A DNA stretch of 37,858 bases from a virus (lineage: Duplodnaviria; Caudoviricetes). A model generated the notes under the pieces. The model was not told the DNA's origin, did no database searches, and saw nothing but the letters and a program-made list of their open reading frames with translations. The stretch covers positions 1 to 37,858 of IMG/VR virus record IMGVR_UViG_3300050161_000085. The stretch is one strand, 5' to 3'. Of this stretch, positions 26,790 through 33,533 are shown one piece after another. How positions within the stretch are numbered: the stretch's first letter is position 1; the number at the start of each line of letters is the position of its first letter. The position numbers and the translations under genes are program-made.

Positions 26790-27214
26790 AATGCTTCTCC
26801 TTTAGCTATGGCGGCGCGAGCGCGAGCAACAACGCCAACAATCGGGCAGTCTGTGTTGCACCTACAAGCGGTGTTCCTTAAAGCGCCACAATACGAAGAT
26901 TTATCTGTAAAGTCAGTTATCTCTTTCAGCGCAGCCATAGCCGCATCGCGCTGTGCCTTGCTTGATTTGGATGCCCGCACCATTGCAATGCCGTAGGCCC
27001 TTGCCTCTACATTCGAGCGGCTGAAATTAGTCTGAGCATTTTCTAGTGAGGCAAATGCTTCGGCTTCGGCGTCAAGATCGTCCAGCGCCTTGATCGCAAG
27101 ACCCGCCAACAGCTCACACTCCGAAATCAGCGCCTGCATGTGCAGCAGCGCATCTGGGTCTATCGAAGCTGAGCCGCTGATGAACTTCTCGGCGTTGGTT
27201 ACTGCGGTGGTCAT
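26786..27214 (-). CDS. Hypothetical phage protein
   Basis: AAGGA RBS; ends ARARAAIAKGE, a common phage C-terminal motif; Cys cluster. Confidence 0.75.
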   Translation of the reverse strand: MTTAVTNAEKFISGSASIDPDALLHMQALISECELLAGLAIKALDDLDAEAEAFASLENAQTNFSRSNVEARAYGIAMVRASKSSKAQRDAAMAALKEITDFTDKSSYCGALRNTACRCNTDCPIVGVVARARAAIAKGEAL

Positions 27215-27222
27215 ATCGGTCC

Positions 27223-27366
27223 TTAATCAAATTTCATGTTCACGCCATAGACAACCATGCTGACTATGACAACCCAAAATTGCCACGTTGCATAATTTGC
27301 GCCAAGTGTCGATAAAGAATGGGCTGACAAGCCCCCGCAAATTGCGGCAATTAGTGTGGCTCTCAC
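27223..27366 (-). CDS. 47-aa membrane protein
   Basis: Translated by eye: MRATLIAAICGGLSAHSLSTLGANYATWQFWVVIVSMVVYGVNMKFD; GGAGG RBS. Confidence 0.6.
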   Translation of the reverse strand: MRATLIAAICGGLSAHSLSTLGANYATWQFWVVIVSMVVYGVNMKFD

Positions 27367-27397
27367 AATCCAATCCTCCCTAGGTTGATGTATGGGG

Positions 27398-27490
27398 TCA
27401 TATCAACCCAATCCTAATTTTTCCGAAAACGAGATAAGCACCCAGCGCAATCAAGATCAGCGCGGCTACGATGTATTTGAGGTTTTTCAT
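27398..27490 (-). CDS. 30-aa single-TM peptide
   Basis: [30 protein letters not shown]; ATGA overlap with the ssb stop. Confidence 0.55.
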   Translation of the reverse strand: MKNLKYIVAALILIALGAYLVFGKIRIGLI

Positions 27491-27933
27491 GGTCGGAATG
27501 GGATGTCGTCGTCCATGTCATCAAAGTCTGATGACGGGGCTGTTTTGTTTGCCGGTGGTGCCGGTCGCTGTTGCGGTGCTTCCTGGCGCTGTTGTCCGCT
27601 GTCACGGCTTCCAAGTAGCTGCATTTCCGTGGCAACGATGTCGCAGGTGTTTTGCTTCACGCCGTCTTTCTCGTAGCTGCCGTATTTCAAGCGGCCTTCG
27701 ATGTAGATCGGTGCGCCTTTCTTGACATACTCACCAACGATTTCGGCCAGACGCTCGTAAAACGTAATGCGGTGCCACTGCGTATCCTCCACAGTCTCGC
27801 CCGTGTTCTTATCCTTGCGGCGGCTGGTGGTGGCAAGGCTGATGTTTGCGACAGCCTGACCGCTTGGCAGGTAACGCACCTCAGGATCGCGCCCACAGTT
27901 GCCCAACAGAATTACTTTATTTACGCTTGCCAT
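27487..27933 (-). CDS. ssb: Single-stranded DNA-binding protein
   Basis: [22 protein letters not shown], acidic tail DDDIPF. Confidence 0.97.
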   Translation of the reverse strand: MASVNKVILLGNCGRDPEVRYLPSGQAVANISLATTSRRKDKNTGETVEDTQWHRITFYERLAEIVGEYVKKGAPIYIEGRLKYGSYEKDGVKQNTCDIVATEMQLLGSRDSGQQRQEAPQQRPAPPANKTAPSSDFDDMDDDIPFRP

Positions 27934-27935
27934 GA

Positions 27936-28916
27936 CTAACTTACTTTCTCAGGGGTGAGTGCTGCGCCGTGTTTTTTGATGGCGCTGCGAACGTTGGATG
28001 GCAAAAGACGCCACAAGGAAACCTTTTCCTCGTCGTCTGTAATGCCGCTGTATTCCTCGTAAGCACCGATCAGATCGTCAGCGTTGAACAGGTCTACAAC
28101 CGCATTTGCTACGGCGTCGATGACCTGTTTGCGGTCAATCGACAAGACGGCTTCGCTTTGCGTCGGGCTATGCTGGATGGCGGGGACTCTAGGTGAATCA
28201 ACAAGCTCTGCCAACCCCTCACCGTTTTCGGTGTTCAGGTGGTGGATTGCCGTTTCAATCCGATCAGTCTTGGGCCAGTATTTGTAAGCCTGTTTTACGC
28301 AGGTCTTTTTGATCATTTCGCCTTCGTCGGTGCCCCAAGGGCCGGGACTGTTCGCCTTTTTTGCAATCCAGGATTTCCACGCAGACGAACGATCCCGAAT
28401 TGCATGGGCGTCCTCAATCGTCATTGTGTGCGTCAGGTATTCGTCATGAATGGTCTTGATCGTCACATACACGCCGACAACAGCGCCGCGATCCTTGCCA
28501 AACGGGTTAAACGTGTGCTGTGGCGGTTTATCCAGCCCGGTCAATGAGAATGTGTCGGCTTCATACACAAGCGCCGCCTGCGCCCATTTGACGGACCCGG
28601 TAGCCTGCGCCAAATCCATCAGGCCCATGTAAGAGATATCAAGACAAATCTTGTTGTCACGCGGCACAAGGTAGGCTTGCTTTTTTGCCGGGTTCAAGCT
28701 GATGCCAATAGCGGCAATGTTGACAACCGCATCGACTACCGCTTGACGGTTGTTCATGGCGGCTTTCATCATGTAATCGTTTTTGCCAAGCTGTTGAATG
28801 GCAAACCCGGCTTCACGCTCAAAGCTTATAGACCGATCAACCAGCGATGCATCAAACGTCTCGCGGACGCCGTAAATGTCGTTTGTGATAAGGCTTAGAG
28901 GGTGTTCGTTGCTCAT
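27936..28916 (-). CDS. recT: RecT-family single-strand annealing recombinase
   Basis: [32 protein letters not shown] motifs. Confidence 0.92.
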   Translation of the reverse strand: MSNEHPLSLITNDIYGVRETFDASLVDRSISFEREAGFAIQQLGKNDYMMKAAMNNRQAVVDAVVNIAAIGISLNPAKKQAYLVPRDNKICLDISYMGLMDLAQATGSVKWAQAALVYEADTFSLTGLDKPPQHTFNPFGKDRGAVVGVYVTIKTIHDEYLTHTMTIEDAHAIRDRSSAWKSWIAKKANSPGPWGTDEGEMIKKTCVKQAYKYWPKTDRIETAIHHLNTENGEGLAELVDSPRVPAIQHSPTQSEAVLSIDRKQVIDAVANAVVDLFNADDLIGAYEEYSGITDDEEKVSLWRLLPSNVRSAIKKHGAALTPEKVS

Positions 28917-29179
28917 GATATATCCAGCAAGTTGATTGCATCGTCCAGATGCTCCAGCGCGGTAACGGCATAGGGCGTATGGCTGTAATTCCCCCTGGCA
29001 ATCAAGGCGCGGACAGCATTGAGAGCATGCAAAGCGGTTGACGGGCTGTTATCTGTGGCCTTGATGTAATTCAATGAATACACCGCGCCCTGTACAGCCA
29101 GCCAATCCTGCATGTCATGCTTGGCTTTCACCTCAGCTTCATGCTGTGCGTCAAGTTCTTGAACTGTGGTCATGTTCAT
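28913..29179 (-). CDS. Hypothetical protein
   Basis: GGAG RBS; ATGA overlap with recT. Confidence 0.7.
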   Translation of the reverse strand: MNMTTVQELDAQHEAEVKAKHDMQDWLAVQGAVYSLNYIKATDNSPSTALHALNAVRALIARGNYSHTPYAVTALEHLDDAINLLDIS

Positions 29180-29191
29180 GTGTTTCTCCAG

Positions 29192-29386
29192 TTAGCCCAA
29201 AACAGGGCGGTTGTTGTCGTCATCCCGAAGCATCTCTTCCACATCCCGCAGCGCCTGAGCCTCACGCTCTGCAACGGTCTTGCGGTACTCGCGCCATAGA
29301 TCGAATGGGACGAGGATTGCTGCCAGCACAATGAACAGGATCAGCAGCGGGGTGTCGATGTTGTCGAGGTCGGTGAGGGCGTTCAA
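29192..29386 (-). CDS. Small single-TM protein
   Basis: TTG start overlapping the upstream stop; PLLILFIVLAAILVPF TM segment. Confidence 0.65.
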   Translation of the reverse strand: MNALTDLDNIDTPLLILFIVLAAILVPFDLWREYRKTVAEREAQALRDVEEMLRDDDNNRPVLG

Positions 29387-29496
29387 AATGGCACCCCGCT
29401 GATGAAAAACAGGACGGCAAGGAAGGCATACACAGCGGCCCAGCGAAGGCGGGAGTTACCGGCCCAGCGCTCTAGGGGGAATTGGCGGGTGTTCAC
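29383..29496 (-). CDS. 37-aa single-TM peptide
   Basis: MNTRQFPLERWAGNSRLRWAAVYAFLAVLFFISGVPF; 4-nt start/stop overlaps at both ends. Confidence 0.55.
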   Translation of the reverse strand: MNTRQFPLERWAGNSRLRWAAVYAFLAVLFFISGVPF

Positions 29497-29780
29497 AGCA
29501 CACCCCAGCCCAAAGCCGCATCTTCACGGCGCTTCCATGAGTCATCACGCACGCCGCAATCAGCGCGGATGTTGCGCACTTCGTTCGTGACTTGACCAGA
29601 CAGCTCACCCAGATCAAGCGATGAATAACCGCGCCATTCAGATTCTTGGGCGGCCTCGTCAATCTCGGTCAGCAGTGCAGAAACTTCCAGGCCATCAAGT
29701 GCAAGGCCGCGAAGCTGGCCCATGATCAGCGCCAAATCGTTCACCGTGCAGGGGCGGCGGGTTTGTGTGAGAGCAGACAT
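29493..29780 (-). CDS. Hypothetical protein, first gene of PL operon
   Basis: GGAGG RBS downstream of PL. Confidence 0.75.
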   Translation of the reverse strand: MSALTQTRRPCTVNDLALIMGQLRGLALDGLEVSALLTEIDEAAQESEWRGYSSLDLGELSGQVTNEVRNIRADCGVRDDSWKRREDAALGWGVL

Positions 29781-29819
29781 TTCATCCTCCAGTTAACAGC
29801 GTTTGCTGCGTTGGAGATA

Positions 29820-29860
29820 AATGTACCCGTAGGTATTGTGTGTGTCAATACCCGCAGGTA
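29820..29860 (-). promoter_or_regulatory. PL promoter with OL1/OL2 operators
   Basis: TTGACA (29848-29843)-N17-TACATT (29825-29820); operators TACCCGTAGGTA (29824-29835) and TACCCGCAGGTA (29849-29860). Confidence 0.88.
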
Positions 29861-29941
29861 ATTTATTTTAGAAATATCTTGTAAAGGCCAAAACTTTACA
29901 AATGCCGCACAGTGTTATCCAGCATGTGTATATAATCAGCC

Positions 29942-30315
29942 TTGTCAACGTGCCGACACACAGCGACAATTACATATTGAGGCTCATCCCTCATGCGTTT
30001 TCTGCCTTAAATGGCAGGTGTGTCGGCACCGAGAGCGCAGCAGGGATGAGCCTTTTGCGTTTCTACCGTCAGGGCGCGAATTGACATAGCTAACGGGCCG
30101 CATGTGGGGCCGCACCCAAGAAACCGCTACACGGTAAGGGGCAGCAATGTCACCCGGTGCAAATCCGCAAGAATCCGTGGGGCTGGCCGAACGTCGAAGC
30201 CTAGGGCAAAGAAGGGTAACCACGGTCTTTGCATGCGACGTGCCACTTCGGTGGGTGATGTGCCGATTCCCCTCTCAACTCCACTTGCTGGGGTAGGGGG
30301 CCTTCGGGTGATGTA
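29942..30315 (+). ncRNA. Candidate large structured ncRNA with a C4/P4-CI-like three-way-junction antisense domain (29980-30056)
   Basis: TATAAT at 29931-29936; two interlocked perfect 12-bp complementarities; nested downstream stems; two cUUCGg loops; no convincing + strand ORF. Confidence 0.6.
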
Positions 30316-30483
30316 TTCCTGATTCAACTCTGCGAATACAAGGCAAATAGCAAGAAAAACACACGTTGGCGAAAAATTTCGCTTCGCGTGCGCAGCCCCC
30401 AAAAACTGCGAATTCGTGAAATATTCCCTTAAGCAATTTTTAAGAAACTGGAATAGTTGACCCAAATCAATAAGGGGTCAGGG

Positions 30484-30900
30484 ATGCCAGCATTTAAATA
30501 CAACTCCGCAAGGGCGACCACGGAATTTTTGGGGCGCAATGGAATGTGTGAGGCTGTCTACACCGGCCCCATGACAGAAGAGGCGTTCGATACGCTGCGG
30601 ACGGAAGCCCTGCAAGCCTCTGTAAAGGCCACCAGCTTCGTGGTGCGGCTGGACCGGGCGCTGATCTTGATGCCTGACGCCAACCAGGTTCACGCCAACA
30701 GCTACCCCAAAGATGCGCCAGCGGGTGCGTTAATTGTGCGCCGTGACCAATTCGAGTTTTGGGCGGAATACGTCAGGAAACTTGCTTCTTTTGGGGTGTG
30801 TCGCTCTCTTTGGCTGGAGGAGACAGCGAATCAGGCTTATTTGTGGGCTGATCTTCAATCCCGTGGATCACTTTTGAAATCGCAAGACCCGCCAATGTAA
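30484..30900 (+). CDS. STAS/SEC14 (SpoIIAA-like) domain protein (tentative)
   Basis: Pattern ..Y.GP.T.E.F..L....FVV.LD....ALIV......GV.R.LW....A.LWA. Overlaps the cI 3' end tail-to-tail. Confidence 0.5.
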   Translation: MPAFKYNSARATTEFLGRNGMCEAVYTGPMTEEAFDTLRTEALQASVKATSFVVRLDRALILMPDANQVHANSYPKDAPAGALIVRRDQFEFWAEYVRKLASFGVCRSLWLEETANQAYLWADLQSRGSLLKSQDPPM

Positions 30901-31225
30901 AGGCCTTTGTCCGACGATCTTTGTCGGATATCAAATCCAACTGCATAGCCAGGGAGGCGACATCGGTTGGCAAATCACCTTGTTCAACATGGGCCGTTGA
31001 AAGCCCGCCATCCCAATAGCCGCGCGGCAAGTGAAATGCCTCATTGCACGCGCCCATGATCTCTAAGCCTATGTTTTTCCGGCCATTTTTGCCTATGGGG
31101 TAGAAAAGCCGGTTGACGTAAGTTGCGTCCTTTTTGATCTTTCGGGCCAGTTCTGCTGAGTTGCCTTTGCAAAGTTCATCCCTGATTTTCATTAAAAGTC
31201 GCTGATGCGAGGTGAATTCTTCCAT
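30773..31225 (-). CDS. cI: CI-like repressor lacking S24 peptidase domain
   Basis: HTH GNSAELARKIKKDATYVNRL...K.IG...LPRGYWD; divergent from cro across the operators. Confidence 0.8.
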   Translation of the reverse strand: MEEFTSHQRLLMKIRDELCKGNSAELARKIKKDATYVNRLFYPIGKNGRKNIGLEIMGACNEAFHLPRGYWDGGLSTAHVEQGDLPTDVASLAMQLDLISDKDRRTKAFTLAGLAISKVIHGIEDQPTNKPDSLSPPAKESDTPQKKQVS

Positions 31226-31246
31226 TTGAGAATTGTTCGCTTTTAG

Positions 31247-31303
31247 CGCACGCAGGTAAATTTACCCAAGGGTATTGCACAAAACAGTACCTTGGGGTAT
31301 TCT
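31247..31303 (+). promoter_or_regulatory. PR promoter with OR operators
   Basis: TTGCAC (31275-31280)-N17-TATTCT (31298-31303); TACCCAAGGGTA (31263-31274), TACCTTGGGGTA (31288-31299), degenerate CGCACGCAGGTA (31247-31258). Confidence 0.85.
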
Positions 31304-31308
31304 TCGGT

Positions 31309-31566
31309 ATGGACTTCAAAACCTTCTACCAAAGACTGACCATTGACAAGCGTCAAGAATTTGCCGCGAAAGTGGGCACAACGGTTGGCTACTGCCACCA
31401 GATCGCCCACGGCAAGCGAATCGAGCTGGGACTGGCAGACACCATCGTTGCCAACTCGGACGGCGCTCTCACCTTGGCGAGCCTGAACCTGACCGAGCGG
31501 GCAGAGTTCCACCGGCAAGCCCGCATCACGCCCGACGCTATCAATTCGGTAGCTGTCGGGGCCTGA
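31309..31566 (+). CDS. cro: Cro-like HTH protein
   Basis: RQEFAAKVGTTVGYCHQIAHG.R HTH; first gene from PR. Confidence 0.85.
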   Translation: MDFKTFYQRLTIDKRQEFAAKVGTTVGYCHQIAHGKRIELGLADTIVANSDGALTLASLNLTERAEFHRQARITPDAINSVAVGA

Positions 31567-31620
31567 CTTCATCCAGCACGGCAAGGCGTCGTAAGCATTA
31601 ACCCAACCACGAACTGATAC

Positions 31621-31860
31621 ATGTCCACCCCCTTGATTGACTTCCGAGACAAGGTCACGCCCGAGACTGATGCCGTTCTCGAAGCCATCCAGCGCAGCAC
31701 AGGCCGCGACAAGAGCGAGATCGCCCGTGACTGGATGCATAAATTGGCGCTGAAAGAGATTCATGCCTCTATTGAACTGCATCGCATCTTGCGGCGCGAG
31801 GGACTGGCCGGGGATTACGAGGGAGTGTCAGGGTCACATGAGGGAGGCACAGGTAAATGA
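31621..31860 (+). CDS. Small DNA-binding protein (RHH-like) in the cII position
   Basis: D.RDKV.PE...VLEAI..STGRDKSEIARDW pattern. Confidence 0.65.
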   Translation: MSTPLIDFRDKVTPETDAVLEAIQRSTGRDKSEIARDWMHKLALKEIHASIELHRILRREGLAGDYEGVSGSHEGGTGK

Positions 31861-32180
31861 AGCAAACCCCCTACGCCCTGACCCCAGCCGCAAGCAAGGG
31901 AAACGCCTTTTCCAGGCATTTAAACGGCGTGCCCAGCGTGTTCCTGCACAGCCGCTCAATGGCTGAGTACATCAGCAGCCAAAGCGCCACGGCTGCGATT
32001 GAAAAAGCCCGCGCTGAGGGTGTGGAGCCGTTCAAGTTTCACGGCCTGTCGATCAAGTCTGACGAGCGCATCCGCAAGGTAAAGGCTGTGCTGGTGGACA
32101 ACAAGAAATCACGATTCAACAACATCGCACTGGCCGGGCAGAAGGATGCTGACGATCAGGCGCGGATTAAGGGGAAATGA
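31857..32180 (+). CDS. Hypothetical protein
   Basis: GGAGG RBS; ATGA overlaps. Confidence 0.7.
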   Translation: MKQTPYALTPAASKGNAFSRHLNGVPSVFLHSRSMAEYISSQSATAAIEKARAEGVEPFKFHGLSIKSDERIRKVKAVLVDNKKSRFNNIALAGQKDADDQARIKGK

Positions 32181-32434
32181 TGAACTGCAAACAAGGTGAT
32201 TTGGCTGTAGTTATTCGTGCTGACTCCATTTTTTACGGATACCCCGTGCAGTGCGTCAAATACTTGGGCGCAATTAAAGGAGGAACGGTTGAAGACTATT
32301 GGGAGATTGATCGACGCTTGGGCCCAGATCATCACAAAATTATGTCTGACTCTGCGCTGCGCCCCATCCGCCCCAGCGAAGGCCAAGACGAAACCCTGAC
32401 ATGGGCACCCGTACCTGAAAAGGTGACGGCATGA
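32177..32434 (+). CDS. Hypothetical phage protein (SH3-like; MNCK.GDLA...LRPIRP type)
   Basis: Recurrent betaproteobacterial phage motif (recognised from memory); coupled overlaps. Confidence 0.7.
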   Translation: MMNCKQGDLAVVIRADSIFYGYPVQCVKYLGAIKGGTVEDYWEIDRRLGPDHHKIMSDSALRPIRPSEGQDETLTWAPVPEKVTA

Positions 32435-32736
32435 CTTACCAGCTTTCCATCGACTTCATCGAACCCGCTGCACGCCGGACAGACCCGGCCACCAGCCACG
32501 CAGCCGCACGGGAAGCGAAAGAACTGGCCGCACGGCATCAGCGAATCATCCTGGCGTGTCTTGAGCAGCACGGACCCGCAGGAAAGGACCGTATCGCAGC
32601 CCTGACGAGCTTGACGGGCGTGGCTTGCTGTCGGAGAACGGCTGAACTGCAACGCGCTGGCCTCATTCGATTGACGGGAAGGCTTGTCAATAGTTCGGCT
32701 GGCAGGAAAGAACGCGAGTGGGAGCGGGTTGCGTGA
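32431..32736 (+). CDS. Winged-helix DNA-binding protein
   Basis: ARRTDP.TS..AA and RR..EL...GLI..TG......GR..R.W motifs. Confidence 0.75.
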   Translation: MTYQLSIDFIEPAARRTDPATSHAAAREAKELAARHQRIILACLEQHGPAGKDRIAALTSLTGVACCRRTAELQRAGLIRLTGRLVNSSAGRKEREWERVA

Positions 32737-33533
32737 ATTTCTACAAACGGTATATGGCCGACTATTCACAGAAGACGGCTCGGCTGACCCTTGCCCAGCA
32801 CGGCGCTTACACGCTGCTGCTGGATGAGATGTACAGCACCGAGCGCGGCCTTCCTGCTGATTACGAGAACCTGTACCGCATCTGCCGGGCCATGAATAAG
32901 GCCGAGCAGGAAGCCGTGCGCAGCGTGGCAGATACCTTTTTCAGCATTGGTGCTGACGGCCTTCGCCACAACTCGCGGGCGGTTGCTGAAATAACCCAAG
33001 CGGCCCCCGCAATGGAAGCCGCCAGGTTAAACGGGCAACGAGGTGGAAGGCCTAAAAAAGAACCCAGTGGGTTTCCAGAAAATAACCCAGTGGGTTTCCA
33101 AAACGTAACCCAGATGGAACCCAGGACGAAAGCTCCCCATAGCTCAGAAGAATACCTAGAGCCTAACGGCTCTGTCGCCGGGAGCGACCGAATGCCGGTT
33201 TGTCAAACCCAGGCCGTGATCGACCTGTACCACGCTGCATTGCCAGAACTACCCCGTGTGAAGCTGATTTCTGAAAAACGGAAAAAGGCAATTTCAAGTT
33301 TTTGGAAGTGGGTTTTGACATCGACACGGATGGATGGCGTGAGGCGTGCCACCACTGGAGAACAGGCCGTTTTGTGGATCAAAAGTTACTTCGAGAGGGC
33401 GAGGGATAACGACTTCCTGATGGGGCGCGGAATCAAGGCTGCTGGGCATGAGGGCTGGGAGTGTGACCTTGATTTTCTGATGACGGAAAAGGGCATGAAA
33501 CAGGTCATTGAGAAGACGAAGGAGGCCGCATGA
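32733..33533 (+). CDS. Replication initiator (YdaU/DUF1376-like N-terminus)
   Basis: GTGA-coupled MNFYKRYMADY...T..L...HGAY.LLLD..Y; NG.RGGRP; internal iterons; W..DLDFL C-terminal motif; precedes DnaB. Confidence 0.88.
   Translation: MNFYKRYMADYSQKTARLTLAQHGAYTLLLDEMYSTERGLPADYENLYRICRAMNKAEQEAVRSVADTFFSIGADGLRHNSRAVAEITQAAPAMEAARLNGQRGGRPKKEPSGFPENNPVGFQNVTQMEPRTKAPHSSEEYLEPNGSVAGSDRMPVCQTQAVIDLYHAALPELPRVKLISEKRKKAISSFWKWVLTSTRMDGVRRATTGEQAVLWIKSYFERARDNDFLMGRGIKAAGHEGWECDLDFLMTEKGMKQVIEKTKEAA
33061..33124. repeat. Replication origin iterons
   Basis: AACCCAGTGGGTTTCCA at 33061 and 33084; AACCCAG at 33107 and 33118; palindromic AACCC-N3-GGGTT core. Confidence 0.8.

Noticed and set aside
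26621-26996. Plus-strand TTGACA promoter and ORF 26628-26996
   Set aside because: No -10 at the proper spacing; the ORF is antisense to better-supported minus-strand genes.
30127-30465. Minus-strand 112-aa ORF with PPTP motif, and + strand 30104-30322 ORF
   Set aside because: No RBS or recognisable domain; the region is better explained by RNA structure, though not excluded.
31243-31782. 179-aa minus-strand ORF as the repressor
   Set aside because: Antisense to cro and the cII-position gene; no HTH.
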